The notes beneath the pieces were generated by a model that was not told the origin of the DNA, did no database searches, and saw nothing but the letters and a program-made list of their open reading frames with translations. This document shows, one piece after another, positions 1 through 7,228 of a stretch of 38,917 nt of DNA. The first letter of the stretch is position 1; every line of letters begins with the position of its first letter. The stretch comes from a virus. The translations under genes and the position numbers were made by a program. The stretch lies in IMG/VR virus record IMGVR_UViG_3300045988_014907; one strand, written 5' to 3'.

Positions 1-99
1 AAGTAAATGGACGCTGTGAAGTTTTTGCAGGAAAGAGCAAGAATGTGTAAATCCATGAACGGAGATTGCAACCAGCCGTGCCCAATTACTAATTGGTGC
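1..99. repeat. Direct terminal repeat, copy 1 (identical to 38819-38917). Marks a circular or terminally redundant 38,818-bp genome.
   Basis: aagtaaatggacgctgtgaag...ctaattggtgc occurs at both ends of the window, 99/99 nt by direct comparison. Confidence 0.95.
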
Positions 100-375
100 G
101 GGAGAGGCAAAAAAAGACAAGCGGAGTTTGCACACGACATCGTGTCCGCTGTCGAAGCGTGGTCTGCCGCACACCCGCGCAAGACGCGGCAGGATGTGTT
201 TCTGGAGCAGTGGCCGGAGGCGAGGATAGACCAAACCACAGGCGTACTTACCATTTGCCCAGCAGAACTAACAAAAGAATGCAGAGATGATAGAGAGGCG
301 TGCGGGGCATATTCGGTAGAAACGTGTGTTTGCGAACCCTGTCGCCGCGAGTTCTGGTTGCAGGAGGTGGAGTGA
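7..375 (+). CDS. Cys-rich hypothetical phage early protein (5' part duplicated at 38825-38917)
   Basis: 122-aa ORF. Its stop overlaps the next start (TGATG at 373-377). Protein-like composition with several CxxC-like pairs. Confidence 0.6.
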   Translation: MDAVKFLQERARMCKSMNGDCNQPCPITNWCGRGKKRQAEFAHDIVSAVEAWSAAHPRKTRQDVFLEQWPEARIDQTTGVLTICPAELTKECRDDREACGAYSVETCVCEPCRREFWLQEVE

Positions 376-875
376 TGGAACGACTGACGGAATATGAAAG
401 CATTGCAGGACACGCGCACGCAATACCCATCGTAAGCGACATGGATGTCATTATGATGCGCCTCGCCGCCTACGAGGACAGCGGGTGTGCGCCGGAGGAA
501 GTTCTGCCGAAGGATAAGGCGGACGAGATCGCGCTGAAGCTTATGCGGCTTGCTGATTTGGAAAGTCTTTGCAGCTATGACCGCCTGCGAACGCTGGCCG
601 AGGCCGACAAGGACGGGCGCGTGGTGGTGCTACCATGCGAGGTGGGCGATACGGTGTATGCAATAGAAAATCCGTGGACGGGGAAATTGCTAAAAAACCC
701 GATAGAAGCCTACGTCAATGGCATGAAGAAGTTTTCTCACGGTTTATATGTGAATGTGCTTTTCGATACCCGCAAAATCAACGGGACAAGGGACTACGAG
801 GTCAACCATATTGGCAAGACCGTATTTCTGATCCGCGAGGAGGCGGAGAAAGCATTGGAGGCGATGAAGAAATGA
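375..875 (+). CDS. Hypothetical phage protein with an MxRLT...RLAAYEDSG N-terminal motif
   Basis: ATG 375 lies after GGAGGTGG. It shares M[ED]RLT and RLAAYED[ST]G motifs with the 38178-38600 product. Its stop overlaps the next start (ATGA at 872-875). Confidence 0.6.
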   Translation: MERLTEYESIAGHAHAIPIVSDMDVIMMRLAAYEDSGCAPEEVLPKDKADEIALKLMRLADLESLCSYDRLRTLAEADKDGRVVVLPCEVGDTVYAIENPWTGKLLKNPIEAYVNGMKKFSHGLYVNVLFDTRKINGTRDYEVNHIGKTVFLIREEAEKALEAMKK

Positions 876-1420
876 GCAAGGCTGTCATGCTGAGCGTCCG
901 CCCGAAATGGTGCGAGAAGATCGTCAACGGCAAAAAGACCATTGAAGTGCGAAAGACCCGTCCAAAGCTGGAAACGCCGTTTAAGTGCTATATCTACTGC
1001 ACGCTGCAAGGCTGTAACGAGTTTTTTCGAGTTGATCTTGGGCGTGATGTTGCCAAGTGGAACCGCGGCAAGTGGGCAGACCGCAAGGGCAAGGTCATTG
1101 GCGAGTTCACCTGCGACCGGATTTACAAGATTGACAAGGACAGTACGGATTTTCTTTTTAAGGCCGGGGGACTATCCGTCTACAAGCAAGCTGCCGAAGA
1201 AAAGTGTGGCCTGTGTGTGGCTATGACAGACGATGAGTTGCACGGCTATCTTGGACATTGCCAAGGCTACGGCTGGCATATCTCCGGCTTGAATATCTAC
1301 GATAAGCCGAAGAGGTTGGACGAGTTTACTTGTCTGCGTGAAACGAAATTTGGCTCGGAGCCGGTGACAATCAAGCGCGCACCGCAGAGCTGGTACTATG
1401 TGGAAAACATGGAGGGCTGA
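872..1420 (+). CDS. ASCH domain protein (PUA-like fold)
   Basis: The N-terminus MSKAVMLSVRPKWCEKIVNGKKTIEVRKTRP matches the ASCH pattern from memory. Start and stop are coupled to the neighbouring genes. Confidence 0.65.
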   Translation: MSKAVMLSVRPKWCEKIVNGKKTIEVRKTRPKLETPFKCYIYCTLQGCNEFFRVDLGRDVAKWNRGKWADRKGKVIGEFTCDRIYKIDKDSTDFLFKAGGLSVYKQAAEEKCGLCVAMTDDELHGYLGHCQGYGWHISGLNIYDKPKRLDEFTCLRETKFGSEPVTIKRAPQSWYYVENMEG

Positions 1421-1422
1421 CA

Positions 1423-1650
1423 ATGGCTGAATTGAAACGCTGCCCTGAGTGCGGTGGAGTTGCAACCGTTATCCATATGTACGATACCTACGATAGAGCA
1501 GACTTTGGGTGGGATGCCGGTTGTGGGAGATATAGGGCTGGTGATGGCCTCCACACAAAGAAGATGAAAGTATCTGGGCTGCCCAGCAAAGAAAAGGCAA
1601 TCGAAGCATGGAACAGGAGGGCTGACAATGGCAACAAAGAGAGTGTGTGA
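1423..1650 (+). CDS. Lar-family restriction-alleviation-like Zn-ribbon protein
   Basis: 75 aa with an N-terminal LKRCPECGG Zn-ribbon half and a C-terminal KEKAIEAWNRRA motif typical of the Lar family. SD GGAGGG lies 7 nt upstream. Confidence 0.6.
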   Translation: MAELKRCPECGGVATVIHMYDTYDRADFGWDAGCGRYRAGDGLHTKKMKVSGLPSKEKAIEAWNRRADNGNKESV

Positions 1651-1978
1651 CCGCTGCGGAGCGGAGATCAACCCGCCCAACTCCGTCACCTATGCCGGTA
1701 TGCGGCGAGTTAAGACAGACATAAACGACAACGACTACGAGCTGTGTGTTTCGTGCGCTCACGAACTGCGGAAGTGGTTCAATATCGAAAATGCTCCTGA
1801 CACTGTCGTATCTACCGCGGTGCATGGGGTGCGTGGGCGGTGGGTAACGCACTACCGAAGCGGCACGCCTGTTGCCGAGGGGTATGTATCAACGTGCTGC
1901 GATATGTGGAATAACCGCAAGAGCGATTTCTGCCCCAGCTGCGGCGCGGTGATGGACGGAGGTGCTGACAATGGCTGA
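1628..1978 (+). CDS. Zn-ribbon hypothetical protein (HGxRGRW...CPSCGAVMDGG type)
   Basis: CDRCG and CPSCG pairs. Overlaps its neighbours. Paralogous C-terminus with the next two ORFs. Confidence 0.6.
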   Translation: MATKRVCDRCGAEINPPNSVTYAGMRRVKTDINDNDYELCVSCAHELRKWFNIENAPDTVVSTAVHGVRGRWVTHYRSGTPVAEGYVSTCCDMWNNRKSDFCPSCGAVMDGGADNG

Positions 1979-2270
1979 ATATATTAAGCGCGAAGTGGCG
2001 ACAGACGCAGTTACAGAGGTCTACTACAATACGCCGAATGTTAATCTATCCGGGGCAAAGTTTGCGGCGGCAATCAACGCCATCCCCGCTGCTGATGTTG
2101 CCCCGGTGGTGCATGGGCGATGGGAATACACCCCGCAAACGTTTAACACACTCGGTCAGATTAGGTGTCCGTTTTGTGCGTGGTGGTCTCTTGACCAGTC
2201 CATTGACGGCATTTATAAATACTGCCCCAACTGCGGGGGGAAAATGGACGGGGGGATAGTTGATGGTTAA
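1971..2270 (+). CDS. Zn-ribbon hypothetical protein (VVHGRW...CPNCGGKMDGG type)
   Basis: ATG 1971 lies after GGAGGTG. Carries CPFC and CPNCG pairs. Confidence 0.6.
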   Translation: MAEYIKREVATDAVTEVYYNTPNVNLSGAKFAAAINAIPAADVAPVVHGRWEYTPQTFNTLGQIRCPFCAWWSLDQSIDGIYKYCPNCGGKMDGGIVDG

Positions 2271-2472
2271 AGTGTTCTGTGATATGTGCGGGCGCGAGAT
2301 CGACTACGAGGTTGACGGCGTGAATCTGGATTTCAACCACTATGGCGTTGTGAATTTTAAGTTAAAATTTTCTGCGGAGAAACAACTGTGCCTCTCCTGC
2401 GCGGCCAGAGTCTGCAACTTTGTGGAGAACGGCGCGAAGATGGACGGAGGTGACAACGATGCGGCTGATTGA
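2263..2472 (+). CDS. Small Zn-finger hypothetical protein ending in AKMDGG
   Basis: CDMCG and CLSC pairs. ATG 2263 overlaps the upstream stop codon. Confidence 0.55.
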   Translation: MVKVFCDMCGREIDYEVDGVNLDFNHYGVVNFKLKFSAEKQLCLSCAARVCNFVENGAKMDGGDNDAAD

Positions 2473-2740
2473 CGCAGAAGAATTAGAGGGCTTGTTTAAC
2501 GAGCAAATTGAACACGGCGCAACAGATGCGTTTGATGCGTTTGATGATGCTTTGCAAGATGCAACCACCGTAGACGCAGAAATCGTGGTGCGCTGCAAGG
2601 AATGCAAGCACTACGACATGGGCGTTTGCCTGAAAATTTACTCAGACGGCAACGTACACTCAGCGGCTTGGCAAAAGCGAAATCCGGAGGACTTCTGCTC
2701 CTACGGCGAGAGAGAGGACTGCGGCGATGCAGATCGGTGA
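2459..2740 (+). CDS. Hypothetical small acidic/Cys protein
   Basis: ATG 2459 lies after GGAGGTG. Contains a CKECKHYDMGVC motif. 93 aa. Confidence 0.55.
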   Translation: MRLIDAEELEGLFNEQIEHGATDAFDAFDDALQDATTVDAEIVVRCKECKHYDMGVCLKIYSDGNVHSAAWQKRNPEDFCSYGEREDCGDADR

Positions 2741-2921
2741 TACCATCCGTGCGCGGTTTCTGACGATGCCGGAGCCGTTCCCCGGCGCCGGGGCGACAAA
2801 GGACAATCTGTACCCTGTGCGCAAGGCGGCGGTGGTGTATGTGCATCCGAAGGGTCGATACATCGTGGCGGAGTGCAAGGGCGTGCGGGAAACGTTTTTC
2901 CCGGAGGAGGTGCTGACATGA
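2727..2921 (+). CDS. Hypothetical small protein
   Basis: 64-aa ORF overlapping both neighbours in operon fashion. Confidence 0.5.
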   Translation: MQIGDTIRARFLTMPEPFPGAGATKDNLYPVRKAAVVYVHPKGRYIVAECKGVRETFFPEEVLT

Positions 2922-3151
2922 GCGAATTCCCGGAACGGCTTAGAAAGCTGCGGGAGAAAAAGAGACTGAAGCGGTATGTGCTGTCGGAGCGCTGCGGGCT
3001 GAATTCAGATGCTATACGCCGATATGAGCTGGGGACGGCGAAGCCGACGATGGACGCGCTGAAGAGCATAGCGGATGAATTCGGCGTGTCGGTGGACTAT
3101 CTGATGGGAAGGACGGACTATCCCTGCGTGGTAGATATTGCAGAAAAATAA
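2918..3151 (+). CDS. XRE-family helix-turn-helix transcriptional regulator (operon-terminal, Aca-like position)
   Basis: ERLRKLREKKRLKRYVLSERCGLNSDAIRRYELG...VSVDYLMGRTD is a canonical HTH_3 pattern. ATG 2918 lies after GGAGGTG. Confidence 0.8.
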   Translation: MSEFPERLRKLREKKRLKRYVLSERCGLNSDAIRRYELGTAKPTMDALKSIADEFGVSVDYLMGRTDYPCVVDIAEK

Positions 3152-3205
3152 ATTTTGAAAATTCCACTTAAAAGTGGAAAAATTAAAAAAACGCACTTTA
3201 TCATG

Positions 3206-3249
3206 GGAGATGCAGAGGCAAACTCTGCATCTCCATTCTTTTTCTTTTC
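3206..3249 (+). terminator. Rho-independent terminator
   Basis: Perfect 12-bp stem ggagatgcagag / ctctgcatctcc with loop gcaaa, followed by attctttttcttttc. Confidence 0.85.
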
Positions 3250-3404
3250 ACCCTTCTTTCCTGATGGGCGGTGCTTCGGCTCCGCCCGGATGGAGCAATA
3301 TGCAGACGTAGCTCAGATGGTAAGAGCATTTCGCCAATAATGAAGTTGTAGAGGACAACTACGATCCTGTTTTACCGGCAGAGCCGAAGAGCAAACTTGG
3401 CGCT

Positions 3405-4160
3405 GTGTACCAGCTTGGAGACCATCGCCTTATGTGCGGAGATAGCACGTCTTTGACAGACGTACAGAAGCTCGTGGGGGGGGCACAAATGGATTTGCTG
3501 CTCACAGACCCTCCGTACAATGTGGACTATCAGGGCACCGCCGGGAAGATTAAGAACGACAATATGGAGGATACGGCATTTAGACGGTTCCTGACGGACG
3601 CGTTTTCCAATGCGGCGATGGTTATGAAACCCGGCGCTCCATTTTACATTTGGCACGCAGACAGCGAGGGGTATAACTTTCGAGGCGCGTGCAGAGATGC
3701 GATGCTGCGTGTCCGGCAGTGCCTGATCTGGGTGAAGAACTCCCTTGTGATGGGGAGACAGGATTTCCAGTGGAAACATGAGCCTTGCCTGTATGGCGAG
3801 AGCGAGATTGAAGAAGAAGCACACGAACCTTGCCTGTACGGCTGGACGGAAGGGAAGAAGCATTATTTCTTCAAGAACCGCAGGCAGACAACCGTGTTGA
3901 ATTTTGATAAGCCTGTCAAATCTGCAGAGCATCCGACGATGAAGCCGATTAAGCTGTTTGATTACCAAATGCAGTGCTCCAGTAAGCCAGGTGAGAATGT
4001 GCTTGACCTGTTCGCTGGGTCCGGCACAACGATCATGGCGGCGGAGCAGAATGGCAGACACGCTTTCTGCATGGAGTATGATCCGAAGTATGCCGATGTC
4101 ATTGTTGACCGGTGGGAGAAGTTTACGGGGAAGAAAGCGGTGCTTTTGAATGACGATTGA
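3405..4160 (+). CDS. N6-adenine/N4-cytosine DNA methyltransferase (N6_N4_Mtase family), apparently N-terminally truncated
   Basis: Contains DPPY (motif IV) and FAGSGTT (motif I). The only start is GTG 3405, with a weak SD. The in-frame upstream sequence (3324-3404) still reads like the linker of ParB-methylase fusions. Confidence 0.85.
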   Translation: MYQLGDHRLMCGDSTSLTDVQKLVGGAQMDLLLTDPPYNVDYQGTAGKIKNDNMEDTAFRRFLTDAFSNAAMVMKPGAPFYIWHADSEGYNFRGACRDAMLRVRQCLIWVKNSLVMGRQDFQWKHEPCLYGESEIEEEAHEPCLYGWTEGKKHYFFKNRRQTTVLNFDKPVKSAEHPTMKPIKLFDYQMQCSSKPGENVLDLFAGSGTTIMAAEQNGRHAFCMEYDPKYADVIVDRWEKFTGKKAVLLNDD

Positions 4161-4255
4161 AGAAGCACAGGAGATTATTGCCAAAACCAGCAGCCCGTAT
4201 TTGAAGCGGGACATGGAGAAGTTTATTAAACGCCAACGCAGAAAGGAGGGCGTGT

Positions 4256-4624
4256 ATGGCAAGGCCAAGAAAGGAAATAGACCAGAAGCAGTTCGAGAAC
4301 CTCTGCGGCCTGCAATGCACGCTTGAGGAGATCTGCGGTTGGTTTGATGTGACTGATAAAACACTGGACAGTTGGTGTAAACGCACCTATCATGCCAGTT
4401 TTTCCGAGGTATTTAAGCAAAAGCGAGGAGCGGGGAAAATTTCGCTGCGTCGGAGCCAGTGGCAGCTTGCGGCAAAGAACGCAAGCATGGCTATTTGGCT
4501 GGGGAAACAGTACCTTGGGCAGCGTGATATTGTTGAGCTGGGTTTGCCGACGGACAACACAAAGGACGACGCATTGAGCGTGAGCTTGCGTGAAATGGCA
4601 GAAGGGTTGGAGAGCGATGATTAG
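4256..4624 (+). CDS. terS: Terminase small subunit
   Basis: ARPRKEIDQKQFENLCGLQCTLEEICGWFDVTDKTLDSWCKR is an HTH-type N-terminus. The gene lies immediately upstream of and overlaps TerL. SD is GAAAGGAGGG. Confidence 0.75.
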   Translation: MARPRKEIDQKQFENLCGLQCTLEEICGWFDVTDKTLDSWCKRTYHASFSEVFKQKRGAGKISLRRSQWQLAAKNASMAIWLGKQYLGQRDIVELGLPTDNTKDDALSVSLREMAEGLESDD

Positions 4625-5837
4625 CCCGAAGCAGCAGAAGATCCTTGCTTTCCCCTATTCCAAGTATGACGCGCTGATCTGCGACGGCGCTGTGCGTTCC
4701 GGCAAGACCTCCATCATGATGTGGGCGTTCGTCCGCTGGGCGATGGAGAATTTCAGCGGTCAGCGTTTTGGCGTGTGTGGACGCACGGTGGACAGCTGCA
4801 CCAAGAACATCATCGTTCCCTTCACGGCGATGAGCCTTGCAAAGGAACGCTATATCATCCGCTGGCGGCGCGGCGACAAGGTAATGGAAGTGCGGCGCGG
4901 AGCCGTGACAAATTACTTTGAGGTGTTCGGAGGAAAGGACGAGGCAAGCTTTACGCTGATACAAGGCCGCACGCTGGCGGGGGTGCTGCTGGACGAAGTA
5001 GTGCTGATGCCGCGCTCGTTCGTGGAACAGGCATTGACCCGTTGTTCGGTAGACGGGGCAAAGCTGTGGTTTTCCTGCAACCCGGGAAGCCCGCAGCACT
5101 GGTTTTATACAGAGTGGATACAGCGGAACAAAGAGCGAAACGCGCTGTATCTGCATTTTGAAATGACGGACAACCCCGGCCTATCTCAAAAGACACTGGA
5201 ACGCTATCAAGCAAATTTTTCCGGGGTGTTCTACGACCGATACATTCGCGGCCTGTGGGTGGTGGCCGAGGGGCTGATCTATCCCATGTTTGACGAGAGC
5301 TGCATTGTGGATGATATTCCGCATAAGGGTGAGTATTACATTTCCTGCGACTACGGCACACTTAACCCGTTTTCCGCAGGGCTGTGGTGCTGGGACGGCA
5401 AGTCGGCCACGCGCATCCGCGAGTATTACTATTCCGGGCGCGAGAACCAGAAGAACAAGACGGACGAGGAATACGCCGACGAAATTAAAAAGCTCGTCGG
5501 CGAGGCGGATGTCAAAAGCATCATCGTTGACCCGTCTGCCGCCTCGTTCATCGAGGTCTTGCGGCGGCACGGTTATATGGTGCGAAAGGCCAACAACGAC
5601 GTAACCAACGGCATTGTGACTACGGCACGGTTTTTGCAGGACGGCGTAATCAAGATACACCGAGATTGCAAAGACTGCATCCGCGAGTTTGGTTTATATC
5701 GGTGGGATGAAAAATCCGCCGACGACAGACCAATCAAAGAAAACGATCACGCAATGGACGAGACGCGCTATTTTGCCTATACGATTTTGAAAAATAAGGC
5801 GTATCGACGCGATTATACACCACTTTGGAACAGATAG
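4617..5837 (+). CDS. terL: Terminase large subunit (PBSX/Terminase_6-like)
   Basis: Walker A-like CDGAVRSGKTS, plus LLDEV (Walker B-like) and a C-terminal nuclease-type region (DHAMDETRY). Confidence 0.9.
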   Translation: MISPKQQKILAFPYSKYDALICDGAVRSGKTSIMMWAFVRWAMENFSGQRFGVCGRTVDSCTKNIIVPFTAMSLAKERYIIRWRRGDKVMEVRRGAVTNYFEVFGGKDEASFTLIQGRTLAGVLLDEVVLMPRSFVEQALTRCSVDGAKLWFSCNPGSPQHWFYTEWIQRNKERNALYLHFEMTDNPGLSQKTLERYQANFSGVFYDRYIRGLWVVAEGLIYPMFDESCIVDDIPHKGEYYISCDYGTLNPFSAGLWCWDGKSATRIREYYYSGRENQKNKTDEEYADEIKKLVGEADVKSIIVDPSAASFIEVLRRHGYMVRKANNDVTNGIVTTARFLQDGVIKIHRDCKDCIREFGLYRWDEKSADDRPIKENDHAMDETRYFAYTILKNKAYRRDYTPLWNR

Positions 5838-5872
5838 GACGGTGAGCGGCTATCAAAACATATAACGACCTC

Positions 5873-7228
5873 GTGGCGGTCGGTGACAACGAGCAGGCGC
5901 GGATAGAGTTTATCCGCAGCGCGATCAATGAGCATCGCGATAGCACGGCGTATAAAACGGCGGTAGATGCGGAGGCGTACTATGACGGCTTGAATCCGAC
6001 CATCAACCGCTATGAGAAGATCATCTACGATATGCAGGGGCGCAGCCACACGGATATGTGGACGGCGAACCATAAGCTTGCCAGCCGCTTCTTCGGTTTG
6101 GCGGTGGATCAGGAGGTTTCGTATCTGCTGGGAAACGGCGTGACCTTTGCGGAGAAGGACACACCGAACAAGCTATGCCCGGACTTCGACCAGGAAGTCA
6201 TGGATGCGGCGCGGGCGGCGAAAATCGCAGGCGTATCCTTCGGCTTTTGGGATCTGACGCATCTTCGGGTGTTCTCCCTGCTTGAGTTCGTTCCCCTCTA
6301 TGATGAAGAGGACGGTGCAATGAAAGCCGGCATCCGCTTTTGGCAAGTGGCGCCGGATAAGCCTTTGCGAGCGACACTGTACGAGCTGGACGGCTTTACC
6401 GAATATTTCCAGCCGAAGAACAAAGATATGAGCGTATTGCAGGAAAAGCGCAGCTATAAGCTCGTTATCCGCAAGGCCGAAGTCGGCGAAACAGAGATTT
6501 ACGACGGCGGCAATTATCCGAGTTTCCCAATCGTCCCGCTGAAAAACAACAAGCGGTGTCTCTCCGAGATCGTCGGCAAGCGCAACACCATTGACGCGCT
6601 GGATCTGGCGTCCTCTAACATGGTCAACAACGTGGACGAGGGCAATCTGATCTATTGGGTGCTGTCCAACTGCAACGGCATGGACGATCTCGACGATGCG
6701 AAGTTTGTGGAGCGCCTGAAAACCACTCATGTCGCCCACGCCAACGGCGACGATGGCGCGAAGGTGGAGAGCAAGACCATCGAGGCACCGTACGAAGGCA
6801 CGAGCAGCACCATTGATATGCTGAAAAAGAAACTCTATGAAGATTTCCAGTGCTTTGATGCTGCGGCGGTATCTGCCGGCAACCAGACGGCGACGGCAAT
6901 CAAGGCCAGCTATGTGCCGCTGGATTTGAAAACGGACAAGTTTGAATCCGAGGTCACGCGGTTTATTGTTGAGATTCTTCGCCTGGCAGGCATTGAGGAT
7001 CAGCCGAGTTACACGCGTAATCAGATTATTAGCAAGAGCGAGGAAACACAGAACATTCTTCTGGGCGCAGCGTATTACGATGACGAGTACATCACAAAGA
7101 AGCTGCTAACGATCAACGGCGACATTGACCAGTACGAGGACATGGCGAAGCGCAAGGCGGCGGAAGAGATTGACCGGAGTTTTGCGGAACCGGATGCGCC
7201 GGGGGTGAGCGGCGATGGCGAACAGTGA
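5873..7228 (+). CDS. Portal protein (SPP1 gp6-like)
   Basis: Size (451 aa), position after TerL, and an N-terminal pattern typical of SPP1-type portals. The start codon is uncertain (see findings). Confidence 0.8.
   Translation: MAVGDNEQARIEFIRSAINEHRDSTAYKTAVDAEAYYDGLNPTINRYEKIIYDMQGRSHTDMWTANHKLASRFFGLAVDQEVSYLLGNGVTFAEKDTPNKLCPDFDQEVMDAARAAKIAGVSFGFWDLTHLRVFSLLEFVPLYDEEDGAMKAGIRFWQVAPDKPLRATLYELDGFTEYFQPKNKDMSVLQEKRSYKLVIRKAEVGETEIYDGGNYPSFPIVPLKNNKRCLSEIVGKRNTIDALDLASSNMVNNVDEGNLIYWVLSNCNGMDDLDDAKFVERLKTTHVAHANGDDGAKVESKTIEAPYEGTSSTIDMLKKKLYEDFQCFDAAAVSAGNQTATAIKASYVPLDLKTDKFESEVTRFIVEILRLAGIEDQPSYTRNQIISKSEETQNILLGAAYYDDEYITKKLLTINGDIDQYEDMAKRKAAEEIDRSFAEPDAPGVSGDGEQ

Noticed and set aside
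3302-3372. Possible tRNA gene (gcagacgtagctcagatggtaagagca looks like an acceptor plus D-arm).
   Set aside because: An anticodon stem can be forced with two G-U pairs, but position 33 is C and the anticodon would be AAT. No T-arm with a TTCRA-type loop is present, and no 3' acceptor strand complementary to gcagacg exists. At best this is a tRNA fragment.
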